Assembly (NCBI GenBank): GCA_963822945.1
Contig: CAWGJO010000020.1
Location: 256,001 to 320,000, forward strand
Direction of reading: 5' to 3'
Source: an uncultured Gemmatimonadaceae bacterium
Lineage (GTDB): Bacteria > Gemmatimonadota > Gemmatimonadetes > Gemmatimonadales > Gemmatimonadaceae
DNA: 64,000 nt
Positions 54,253 to 63,373 of the stretch are shown in pieces (positions within the stretch are counted from its first letter, which is position 1; each line of letters opens with the position of its first letter). A model generated the notes under the pieces. That model saw only the letters and a program-made list of their open reading frames with translations, was not told the DNA's origin and made no database searches. The position numbers and the translations under genes are program-made.

Positions 54253-55284
54253 ATGCACGAGAATCTCGAGTACCACGGTTCCTTCCACCTGGTCCGTAAG
54301 GTGGCCGAGGGCGGGATGGCCACTGTGTATGAAGCCGAACAGCTCGGCCCGTCAGGATTCGCCAAGCGGATTGCGCTCAAGGTGATCCATCCGGAGCTGG
54401 CCGAGCGTCGCGAATTTCTGCAGCTGTTCATCGACGAAGCGAAGCTCTCGGCCAACCTGATGCACGGCAACATCGTCCAGATCTACCAGTTGGGCGAGGT
54501 GAACGAGCAGTACTTCATCGCGATGGAGTACATCCAGGGTCCGACCCTCCGCAGCGTCATCGAACGTCACTACGAGTTGGGCCGGCCCATCGCGGCGACG
54601 CTGGTGGCGTACATCGGCAGCCGTCTCTGCCGGGCGCTCGATTTCGCGCACAACGCCGTGGGACCGGACGGCCGGCGTCTCGACGTCGTGCACCGCGACG
54701 TTTCGCCCGGCAACGTGATGATCACCTGGGACGGGCACATCAAACTCGGCGACTTCGGTATCGCCAAGGCGCGAACGTCCATCGACCCCGCCTCCGAGCA
54801 GCACGTCCGGATGGGGAAGAAGCGGTACATGAGTCCGGAGCAGGTGCTCGGCACCATCGTCGATGCGCGGAGCGACGTATTCTCGCTCGGCGTCGTGCTG
54901 TACGAGCTCCTCGCGTTGAGTCCGCTGTTTCACGAAGACAACACGGCGCTCTCTGTGGAGGAGGTGGTCCTGCGCCCGCTCCCCGATCTCCGGTCGCGCA
55001 TCACCGACCTCGACCCCGAACTCGGCGAGATCCTGCAACTCTCGCTGCAGCGCAATCCCGCCGAGCGCGCCACGGCGGCGCAACTCGGCACCCTCCTGGA
55101 CGAGTGGATCGTCACCCAGAGCGACCGCGCCGGCGCGTCACCGGATCGGTTGCAACTGCACCTGGCAGAAATCTTCCCGACCACCTTCCAGGCGCGATCT
55201 GAGGCAATCTCAGGTGGAGCGAAGACGGTTTCGGCGGCGTTCAAGAAGAAGCGTGGCTCCATCATCGCGCGACTGTTCGGCTGA
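54253..55284 (+). CDS. Hanks-type Ser/Thr protein kinase (kinase domain only)
   Basis: EGGMATVY, ALK, HRDVSPGN, DFGIAK, YMSPEQ, SDVFSLG; no TM or sensor domain. Confidence 0.94.
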   Translation: MHENLEYHGSFHLVRKVAEGGMATVYEAEQLGPSGFAKRIALKVIHPELAERREFLQLFIDEAKLSANLMHGNIVQIYQLGEVNEQYFIAMEYIQGPTLRSVIERHYELGRPIAATLVAYIGSRLCRALDFAHNAVGPDGRRLDVVHRDVSPGNVMITWDGHIKLGDFGIAKARTSIDPASEQHVRMGKKRYMSPEQVLGTIVDARSDVFSLGVVLYELLALSPLFHEDNTALSVEEVVLRPLPDLRSRITDLDPELGEILQLSLQRNPAERATAAQLGTLLDEWIVTQSDRAGASPDRLQLHLAEIFPTTFQARSEAISGGAKTVSAAFKKKRGSIIARLFG

Positions 55285-55297
55285 CCGACGAACCGGC

Positions 55298-55484
55298 CGG
55301 TAGGTCGGTAGGTCGTAGGTCGGTCAGGTCGGTAGGTCGGTAGGTCGGTAGGTCGGTAGGTCGGTAGGTCGGTAGGTCGGTAGGTCGGTAGGTCGGTAGG
55401 TCGGTAGGTCGGTAGGTCGGTAGGTCGGTAGGTCGGTAGGTCGGTAGGTCGGTAGGTCGGTAGGTCGGTAGGTCGGTAGGTCGG
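55298..55484 (+). repeat. Octamer tandem repeat (CGGTAGGT) x about 23
   Basis: 19 perfect units 55330-55481 plus 4 upstream units, two with 1-nt indels. Confidence 0.97.
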
Positions 55485-55510
55485 GCGAGACACTAACGCT
55501 TCTTCACCCG

Positions 55511-55606
55511 ATTCGCTGTTTCCGTGATTCCGTTTCCCCGCGGCTTCGGCCCTGCGTCGTTTCGGCCCTGCGCCGTTCATCGGCCCTGCGCCGTTTCGGC
55601 CCTGCG
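55511..55606 (-). repeat. Second copy of the 16-bp repeat family (4 units) plus inner-flank motifs
   Basis: Minus strand reads (CGCAGGGCCGAAACGR)x4 (one unit with a 2-nt insertion), GCGGGGAAACGG, GAAACAGCGAAT, matching 23235-23289. Confidence 0.9.
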
Positions 55607-55652
55607 CTTCTTCGAGGTTCCGCCTCTTCACGGAATTACATTTCCCTTTCTC

Positions 55653-56198
55653 ATGAAGATCTACACGAGAACCGGCGACGCCGGCGATACCGGCCTGTTC
55701 GGCGGCGGGCGTACGCCCAAGAGCGATCCGCGGGTCGAAGCCTACGGCGACGTCGACGAGCTGAATGCGGCGCTCGGACTCGCCCGGGCGAGTGAATTGA
55801 TGCCCCGCATCGACGAGGTGCTGGTGCCCATCCAGCGCGATCTGTTCGCCATCGGCGCACTGTTGGCAACGCCCGATCGCGACAAGATGAAGCAGCAACT
55901 CGAGAAGGCGCGCATCGACGACGGGCGCATCGCGGAACTCGAGCACGCGATCGACGACGGCGACGCCGAGTTGGAACCGCTGCGGTCGTTCATCATTCCC
56001 GGCGGCACCCCGAAAGCTGCGGCCCTGCATCTTGCGCGCACCGTCTGCCGGCGCGCGGAACGACGCGTGGTCGCGCTGCGGAGCACGGCCGAAGTGCCCG
56101 ACGTCGTGGTTGTGTATCTCAACCGCCTGTCGGACCTGCTGTTCACCCTCGCCCGCGTGGCGAATCGCCGCGCCGGTGCGGGCGAGGTCACGTGGTGA
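55653..56198 (+). CDS. Cob(I)alamin adenosyltransferase, PduO type
   Basis: MKIYTRTGDAGDTGL, EAYGDVDELN, FIIPGG, ARTVCRRAER, YLNRLSDLLF. Confidence 0.94.
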   Translation: MKIYTRTGDAGDTGLFGGGRTPKSDPRVEAYGDVDELNAALGLARASELMPRIDEVLVPIQRDLFAIGALLATPDRDKMKQQLEKARIDDGRIAELEHAIDDGDAELEPLRSFIIPGGTPKAAALHLARTVCRRAERRVVALRSTAEVPDVVVVYLNRLSDLLFTLARVANRRAGAGEVTW

Positions 56199-56223
56199 AC
56201 GCTCGGCCCCGGGGAGCGGGACG

Positions 56224-57305
56224 GTGATCGATCCGGGGTACCGGGTTCACGTCCTGCCGGGAGCACTCGACGCGGTCGGCGGCGTGGCCCGGGTGGCCGT
56301 TCGCGCGCATCGCTATGCGATCGTCACCGACTCCAATGTGGGGCCGTTGTATGCAGCCCAGGTCGAGGCGGCGCTCGCCGGCCTGGCCGCGCACGTGTTC
56401 ACCATCCGTGCCGGGGAGACGCACAAGACGCGCGACACCTGGACGACGGTCACGGACCAGATGCTCGACGCGGGATTCGGCCGCGACTCGGCGGTCATCG
56501 CGCTCGGCGGCGGTGTGGTGGGCGACCTCGCGGGATTCGTGGCGGCGACGTTCATGCGCGGCATTCCGTTCATCCAGATGCCGACGAGCCTGCTCGCCAT
56601 GCTCGACGCCTCGATCGGCGGCAAGACCGGCGTGGACACGCGAAGCGGCAAGAATCTCGTCGGCGCGTTTCACCAACCATCCGCGGTGATCATCGATCCC
56701 GCGGTGCTGGCGACGCTGCCTCGCAACCAGTTCAGGTCCGGCCTGAGCGAGGCGCTCAAGCACGGCGTGATTGCCGACCGGGCACACTTCAACGCGGTGG
56801 CCGCGCTGGCGGCGGAGCATCGCGATCGCCTGCCCGATCTCCGGGCGGTCAGCGCACTCATCGCGCGGAGTGTGGAGATCAAGTCGGCCGTCGTCGCCGC
56901 GCGACACGCGCGAGGCGGGGCGACGCAAGACGCTGAACTTCGGCCACACGCTCGGCCATGCAATCGAGCATCTCAGCGGATACCGGTTGCTGCACGGCGA
57001 GGCCGTCGCCATCGGCATGTGCCTGGAATCAACATCGCCGAACGGGCCGGAGTTGCCGTCGCCGGCACGGCCGACCGCATCCGCACCGCCGTGGAAGCCG
57101 CGGGGCTCCCCACGCAGCGGCCGGCCGATCTCGAACCCGCGGCAATCCTTCAGGCCACGCACGGCGACAAGAAGGGACGCCGGGGCCGTGCCGAGTATGC
57201 GCTACCGGTGGATCTCGGCCGCATGGCCTTCGATGATCGCGGGTGGTCGGCGCCGATGGACGATCGCTGGTGCTCGAAGCACTGCAGCGAACGACGCGGG
57301 AATAG
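56224..57305 (+). CDS. aroB: 3-dehydroquinate synthase (frameshifts near 56900, 57028, 57268)
   Basis: [70 protein letters not shown]. Confidence 0.92.
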
Positions 57306-57554
57306 CTGGCCGAGCATCGCCCGTCTCTGAGTTCTGCAGTTCCGCGCCACGATCGGAGCAGTGTATCGGAAATCGCCGCGCGCGTGGGATTCCGGCGAGA
57401 GGCCCCCCACCACCTTCGGCTAATTTTCGGAAACGATGACCGAACTTCATTTCGTTTTAGCCGCATTGGAATCTGTACATATGCAAATTTCTGCCACACA
57501 CAGACTTAGCTTGGTAAACACATGGATCGGTGTGATGGTCAACTGTCACCACTG

Positions 57555-57583
57555 TTGACGCTTCCTCCGCCCGACGTTAACGT
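57555..57583 (+). promoter_or_regulatory. Putative sigma-70 promoter of the sigma factor gene
   Basis: TTGACG-N17-TAACGT within an AT-enriched intergenic region. Confidence 0.65.
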
Positions 57584-57663
57584 GCCCGTCCCTGCCAGTC
57601 ACCGGCGTGTCGCGAGCCTTTCCGCTCGTTCCCACCTTCCCGCTTTCAGTGATAGGGGCGTGT

Positions 57664-58554
57664 ATGGAGCAAGTGACCGAAACCAGGTCCAAGGGATACT
57701 TCCGCTCGTCTCCCTCCTCGGCTTTCGACCAGTACCTGCAGGACATCCAGAAACTCCCCCTCATCGACGACCCGCAGGAAGAGCGACGGCTGGCACGCCG
57801 GGCTCAGAAAGGTGACGAGAAAGCAGCCGAGCGGCTGGTCACCGCGAATCTCCGATTCGTGATCTCGTACGTGAAGAAGTACCAGGGCCACGGACTCGAC
57901 CTGAGTGAACTCGTGGCGATCGGGAACGAGGGCCTGCTCAAGGCCGTTCGCAAGTTCGATCCCGACCAGGGCGTGAAGTTCATTTCCTACGCCGTGTGGT
58001 GGGTGCGCCAGGCCGTCCTCAAGGCGCTCGCCGAGCAGACCCGTTCGGTGCGCATCCCACTCAACCAGAATTCGCAGCTCATCCGGCTGGCGCGCGCCGA
58101 GACGGTGCTGGCCCAGGTGCTCAAGCGCGACCCGACCGAGAACGAGATCGGCCGCCTGCTCGACGAGTCGCCGGAGGCGATCCGGACCGCCAAGCAGATG
58201 TCGGCCACCGAAGTCTCGCTCGACGCGCCCATCGATCGCTCCGACCGCGAAGCCTCCACGCTCGGCGAGCGGTTCGCCGGCGTCGACGGCTCCGAGATCG
58301 AAGAGGTCACCGACTACAAGCTGATGCGCGAGTTCATCGACCGCGTGTTCAAGAAGTATCTCACGCCGCGCGAGCGGAAGATCCTCTACCTCTACTACGG
58401 GCTCGAGGAAGGCAGCGAGGCGATGACGCTCGAGAAGATCGGTGCGTTGATGGGCGTGACGCGCGAACGTATCCGGCAGATTCGCGAGCGCGCGTTCGAG
58501 AAGTTGCGCGAAAGTCCCGACGGGCGTGCGCTGTGCGGCTTCTGGGCCGCGTAG
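57664..58554 (+). CDS. RNA polymerase sigma-70 factor, RpoD/RpoS-like, lacking region 1.1
   Basis: DQYLQDI (1.2), ANLRFVIS, KFDP..GVKFISYAVWWVRQA (2.3-2.4), SLDAPI, TLEKIG..MGVTRERIRQI (4.2). Confidence 0.94.
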   Translation: MEQVTETRSKGYFRSSPSSAFDQYLQDIQKLPLIDDPQEERRLARRAQKGDEKAAERLVTANLRFVISYVKKYQGHGLDLSELVAIGNEGLLKAVRKFDPDQGVKFISYAVWWVRQAVLKALAEQTRSVRIPLNQNSQLIRLARAETVLAQVLKRDPTENEIGRLLDESPEAIRTAKQMSATEVSLDAPIDRSDREASTLGERFAGVDGSEIEEVTDYKLMREFIDRVFKKYLTPRERKILYLYYGLEEGSEAMTLEKIGALMGVTRERIRQIRERAFEKLRESPDGRALCGFWAA

Positions 58555-58579
58555 GCCGCCGAGCGGACCGACCAATGAA

Positions 58580-58608
58580 CCCCCGGCGAAATCGCCGGGG
58601 GTTTTTTT
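58580..58608 (+). terminator. Rho-independent terminator
   Basis: Stem CCCCCGGCG/CGCCGGGGG, loop AAAT, followed by T7. Confidence 0.92.
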
Positions 58609-58692
58609 CTTGCCCTCGCGGCACGGCGCGCGCATGCCCGCCGCCCGATACATATCACTGTATGTGCCTCGCCCCGTTCACCGACGCCCGCC

Positions 58693-60171
58693 GTGACCGC
58701 CGCGCCTGACGTCGGCGCCGGCGCCGGCGCGGTCGACGCACGACTCGCCGCGCGCCTCGCCGCCATCGTCGGCGAGCGCCGCGTCCTGTTGCGCCGCAGC
58801 GACCTGGTAGCGTACAACTCCGACGGCCTCCCGTCGTATCGCCGACAGCCGTCGTGCGCCGTCTTCCCCGGCACGCGCGCCGAAGTCGTGGAGGTCGTGC
58901 GGACGCTGGCCGACGCAGGCGTGCCATTCGTGCCGCGCGGTGCGGGAACGGGGTTGTCCGGGGGCGCGCTCGCCGACGGGGTGGTGCTGCTCGGACTCAA
59001 CCGCCTGACACGCATTCTCTCCATCGACGCCGAGAACCGGATGGCCGTGGTGGAGCCCGGCGTGGTGAACGTGGCGCTCAGCCGCGCCGCCGCGCCCTAC
59101 GGCCTGCACTATGCCCCCGACCCGTCGAGCCAGGCGGCGTGCACCATCGGCGGCAACGTGGCCGAGAACGCCGGCGGTCCGCACTGTCTGAAGTACGGCG
59201 TGACCACCAATCACGTCGTCGCCCTCACCGTGGTGCTCCCGGACGGGGAGGTCGTGACGCTCGGCCGGGCCGACGCCGAATCCGAAGGCTACGACCTGGT
59301 CGGCGCGTTCGTCGGGTCCGAAGGGTGTTTCGGCGTGGCGCTCGACATCACGGTGCGTCTCACCCCGAACCCCGAGGCGGTCCGGACGCTGCTCGCCGAC
59401 TTCACGAGTCTCGATGCCGCGGCCCGCTCGGTGTCGGCCATCGTGGCCAGCGGCATTCTGCCCGCGGCACTCGAGATGCTGGACGCGCCCACCATCCGCG
59501 TCGTGGAAGCGTCCATCTATGCCGCCGGCTACCCGGTGGACGCGGCTGCCGTTCTGCTCATCGAACTCGACGGGGCACTGGCCGGCCTCGAGCAAGACGT
59601 GGCCGCCGTGGAGAGCATGTGCCGGGCCGAGGGAGCGCGGTCGGTGCGCGTCGCCCGCGACGAAGCCGAACGTGCCCGGCTCTGGCAGGGCCGCAAGAAG
59701 GCGTTCGGCGCCATGGGCCGCCTCTCATCCCATCTCGTCGTGCAGGACGCGGTCGTTCCGCGCACGCAGCTGCCCCACGTGCTCGCCGCCATCCAGGCGA
59801 TCGCCGACGAGTATCGCATCACCGTGTGCAACGTGTTCCACGCGGGCGACGGAAACGTGCATCCGAACGTCGCGTACGACGCCGGCGATCCCGACGAGAC
59901 CGCGCGCGTGCATGCGGCAATGCGGGAGATCATGCAGGCCTGCATCGCGGCCGGCGGCACGATCACCGGCGAGCACGGCGTGGGACTGGACAAGCTTCCG
60001 TACATGGACGCCATCTTCTCGCCGTCGTCGCTTCGCGCCATGTGCGACCTGCGCGACGTGTTCGACCCCGCGCGCCGCGCCAACCCCGGCAAGGTGGTGC
60101 CCGTCCACAGCTGCCGCGAGTGGCGCATGGCACCCGCCGGCCGGCCCCGCGTGCAGGGCGAACCCCGATGA
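58693..60171 (+). CDS. glcD: Glycolate oxidase subunit GlcD-like FAD-linked oxidase
   Basis: PRGAGTGLSGG, APDPSSQ, TIGGNVAENAGG, GSEG, HAGDGNVHP, GEHGVG, NPGK. Confidence 0.88.
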   Translation: MTAAPDVGAGAGAVDARLAARLAAIVGERRVLLRRSDLVAYNSDGLPSYRRQPSCAVFPGTRAEVVEVVRTLADAGVPFVPRGAGTGLSGGALADGVVLLGLNRLTRILSIDAENRMAVVEPGVVNVALSRAAAPYGLHYAPDPSSQAACTIGGNVAENAGGPHCLKYGVTTNHVVALTVVLPDGEVVTLGRADAESEGYDLVGAFVGSEGCFGVALDITVRLTPNPEAVRTLLADFTSLDAAARSVSAIVASGILPAALEMLDAPTIRVVEASIYAAGYPVDAAAVLLIELDGALAGLEQDVAAVESMCRAEGARSVRVARDEAERARLWQGRKKAFGAMGRLSSHLVVQDAVVPRTQLPHVLAAIQAIADEYRITVCNVFHAGDGNVHPNVAYDAGDPDETARVHAAMREIMQACIAAGGTITGEHGVGLDKLPYMDAIFSPSSLRAMCDLRDVFDPARRANPGKVVPVHSCREWRMAPAGRPRVQGEPR

Positions 60172-61316
60172 TCGAGACGCGGGAGGTCGCCGACCGGGTA
60201 CGCGACGCCGCGCGCACGCGGCGCACGGCTGCGCGTGAGCGGACGGGGCCACTGGATGGCAGCCAATCGCCCGGTGGACGCCGACGAGACGCTGTCGCTG
60301 CGCGCCTGCACCGGCATCGTGGAATACGTGCCGGGCGATTTCGTGCTCACCGCACGTGCGGGAACGCCGCTGGCCGAGATCGCCGATGCCGCCGGCGCGG
60401 CCGGGCAGTGGCTGCCGCTGGATGCGTATGGGGAGGACGACGGCAGTATCGGCGCCACCGTCGCCACCGGCTTCTTCCGGTCCGCTAGCTGCGACATTCG
60501 GTACGCCGCGCGACCACCTGCTGGGCATCGAATTCGTCACCGGGGCCGGCGATATCGTGCGCGGCGGCGGACGCGTGGTGAAGAACGTTGCCGGCTTCGA
60601 CCTCGTGCGGCTCGCAACCGGCGCATGGGGAACGCTCGGTGTACTCACCGACGTCACGGTGCGCCTCCGTGCCCTGCCCGCGGCACAGGAGACCCTGGCC
60701 CTGGCGCTGGACGCCGACCCGGAGACGATCGCACGGCTGAGCGCTGCAGCTGCGCGCGCTGCACCCGGCCCCGATGGCCTGCGAGTTGGTGAACGGCGAA
60801 CTGGCCGCTCGCCTCGACCTGCCACCGGCGCCGACGCTGCTGGTTCGCATCGGTGGGAACGCCGAATCGATGCGCGCCCAGCGTGCCGCCCTCGCCTCGA
60901 TCGGCGCCGGCGCGTTCCGCGAGATCGACGGCGCCGCGTGGCCTCGCCTCCGAAGGGCGGCCTCGGTGGACGACGCCGTGTGGCGCATGTCGCGGAGCCC
61001 CTCGTCATTCGCCGCCACATGGATAGCGGCGCGGGACGCGTTGGCCGTCGCCGGCGGAACCTGGATGCACGGAAGCCCCCTGCGTGGCGTGGTGCGGTGC
61101 GGAGCGCCGGGCACGACCGACGGGGCAGCGGACGTCGAACGCCTGATGCGCGCGCTCACCACTCCCTTCGACGGCGCGCGCATCGGCGAAATCCTGCCCG
61201 CGCACGCCTGGTCGTCGCTCCCGTCGGCGACCATGGACCGCCTCTCGCGCGGCGTGCGCGCCGCGTTCGACCCGCGCGGTATTCTCAACCCGGGCATTCT
61301 CGGAGCGTCCGCATGA
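60168..61316 (+). CDS. glcE: Glycolate oxidase subunit GlcE-like (frameshifts near 60225, 60480, 60760)
   Basis: GIVEYVPGDFVLTARAGT, GGRVVKNVAGFDL, GAWGTLG, FDPRGILNPG; lies between glcD and glcF. Confidence 0.82.
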
Positions 61317-62632
61317 CGGCAGTGAGACCGGAAGCGCCCGGCTGCGCGATTCCCGGCACCCCGCTGGCCCTGGCCGGCGCGGGCATCGATGCCTGCGTGC
61401 ACTGCGGATTCTGCCTGCAGAGTTGCCCCACATATCTGGCTCTCGAGAACGAGAACGACAGCCCACGCGGGCGTATCGTGCTCATGCGCGCGGTCTACGA
61501 CGGCACGCTGTCGGCGAACGACGAAACCGTGGAATCGCACATCGGCCGCTGCCTCGGATGCCGCGCGTGCGAGACGGCCTGCCCGTCCGGCGTGCCGTAC
61601 GGACAACTGCTCGAGGCAACACGCGCCACGCTGGCCATCCGTCGCCCGCTGCCCTTGCTGGCGCGCGCCCTCCTGGCGGTGTTCGCGCGACCCGCGCTGC
61701 TCCGGACCGCGATGCGTGTGGCCCGCGTGGCACGAGGAACACGGATGGCGGCGTTGGCGTCGCGACTGCCCGGCCGTGTCGGATTCGCATTCGCGATGCT
61801 CGATGCGACCCGGGTTCCCGTGGCACGTGCGCCGTACGACGCCGACGCGCCGCCGAGTCGCGATCGCGTGGCGCTGCTGGAAGGCTGCGTGATGGATGGC
61901 CTGTACGCGGAAACCAACCGGGCCACGGCGCGTGTGCTGAGAATGAACGGCTTCGCCGTGTCGGACGCGCCCGGTCAGCGGTGTTGTGGCGCGCTGCATG
62001 CGCATGCCGGCGACCTCGAGGGTGCCCGTGCGCTGGCACGTGCCAACATCGCGGCGTTCGAGCGATCGGGAGCCGATCGGGTGGCCGTGAACTCCGCCGG
62101 ATGCGGGGCGATGTGCAAGGAATACGGCCATCTGCTGGCCGGCGATCCCGCGTGGGCCGCACGGGCGGCGGCGCTGTCCGCCCGTGTGCGTGACGTGACC
62201 GAGTTGCTGGCCGAGGCCGGGCCGGCCCCGGCCCGCGCCGGGGGGACGCCGGTGCGCGTTGCCTACGACGCCCCCTGTCATCTCCTCCACGCCCAGCGCG
62301 TGGCCGACGCTCCCCTTCGCGTGCTCGGCGCCGCGCGGCCGCTGGAGTTGGTTCCACTGAACGGCGCCGACCAGTGTTGCGGCAGCGCCGGCATCTACAG
62401 TCTGCTGCAGCCGGCGATATCGCGGGCCGTCCTGGAATCGAAGCTGCGGGCCATCCGGGAGGCAGGGGTGACGCTGGTGGCCACCGGCAATCCCGGATGC
62501 CTGATGCAGATCGGCGCCGGATTGCGCAAGTCCGGGATCGGCGCCCGCACGGTCCATCCCGTGGATCTGCTCGACGCGGCGTACGCGAGGTCGGGCACGG
62601 ACGCGGGAGACGCCGGCGGGGCTCCGGGCTAG
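61313..62632 (+). CDS. glcF: Glycolate oxidase Fe-S subunit GlcF-like
   Basis: CVHCGFCLQSCPT, SPRGRI, CLGCRACETACPSGV, CCGA and CCGSAG CCG domains, NPGC. Confidence 0.88.
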   Translation: MTAVRPEAPGCAIPGTPLALAGAGIDACVHCGFCLQSCPTYLALENENDSPRGRIVLMRAVYDGTLSANDETVESHIGRCLGCRACETACPSGVPYGQLLEATRATLAIRRPLPLLARALLAVFARPALLRTAMRVARVARGTRMAALASRLPGRVGFAFAMLDATRVPVARAPYDADAPPSRDRVALLEGCVMDGLYAETNRATARVLRMNGFAVSDAPGQRCCGALHAHAGDLEGARALARANIAAFERSGADRVAVNSAGCGAMCKEYGHLLAGDPAWAARAAALSARVRDVTELLAEAGPAPARAGGTPVRVAYDAPCHLLHAQRVADAPLRVLGAARPLELVPLNGADQCCGSAGIYSLLQPAISRAVLESKLRAIREAGVTLVATGNPGCLMQIGAGLRKSGIGARTVHPVDLLDAAYARSGTDAGDAGGAPG

Positions 62633-62686
62633 CCGTTGTGAATTCCCGGTGGCGACGTGCGCCCCGCCGGTATTAGATATTCAGCC

Positions 62687-63373
62687 ATGCTCGATGCACT
62701 GCTGCTGGAGCTGGAAGGAGTGGTGATCGATACGCGCGCCGCGCGCTTCGACGCCCTGGTCCGGGCGCTCGCCGACGACGGGATTGCGAATCTGCCCACC
62801 GGGGCCGCCGAGGAGCTGCTCGGCCGGTCGCCGCGCGACGCCGCAGGTGTGGCATCGCGGCTGCTCGGCGTCGCCGCCGATCCGACGACGCTCGATCTCA
62901 TCGGACTTCGCGCCGACCGGTACTTCACCGAGCGGGCGAGCCAGGGGATGTCGCTCCGCGAGGGCGCCCGCGTGCTGGTGACGATCGCGCACGCCCGTTC
63001 GCGTCTGGCGCTGGTGACGCGCGCCTCGCGGGCAACCGTTGACCTGCTGCTCGGCCTGTCGGGATTGCACGACGCATTCGAGGTGATCGTGTGCGCGGAC
63101 GACGTGCTGGACAACAAACCGGCCCCCGAGAGCTACACGCGCGCCCTGAACCGATTGCAGAATCGTCGGCCGCTGGCCCGGGACCGGGTGCTGGCGCTGG
63201 AGGACGCGCGATCGGGGATCCTGGCGGCGCGCGCGGCGGGAATTCGCTGCCTGGCGGTGGGCGACCTCCCCGCGCACCAGGCCGTGGAAGCCGACGGGCT
63301 CGTCCCGTCGCTGGCGGACGCCGGCCATGACGTGCTGTCGGAACTCGAACGCTGGGCGCACGAAGCCGCATGA
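62687..63373 (+). CDS. HAD-like hydrolase (motif I has Glu in place of Asp)
   Basis: LLLELEGVVIDT, VTRA, KPAPESY, LEDARSG. Confidence 0.8.
   Translation: MLDALLLELEGVVIDTRAARFDALVRALADDGIANLPTGAAEELLGRSPRDAAGVASRLLGVAADPTTLDLIGLRADRYFTERASQGMSLREGARVLVTIAHARSRLALVTRASRATVDLLLGLSGLHDAFEVIVCADDVLDNKPAPESYTRALNRLQNRRPLARDRVLALEDARSGILAARAAGIRCLAVGDLPAHQAVEADGLVPSLADAGHDVLSELERWAHEAA

Noticed and set aside
57481..57497. Sigma-54 promoter TGGCAGAAATTTGCAT on the minus strand
   Set aside because: GG and GC are separated by 9 nt, not the required 10
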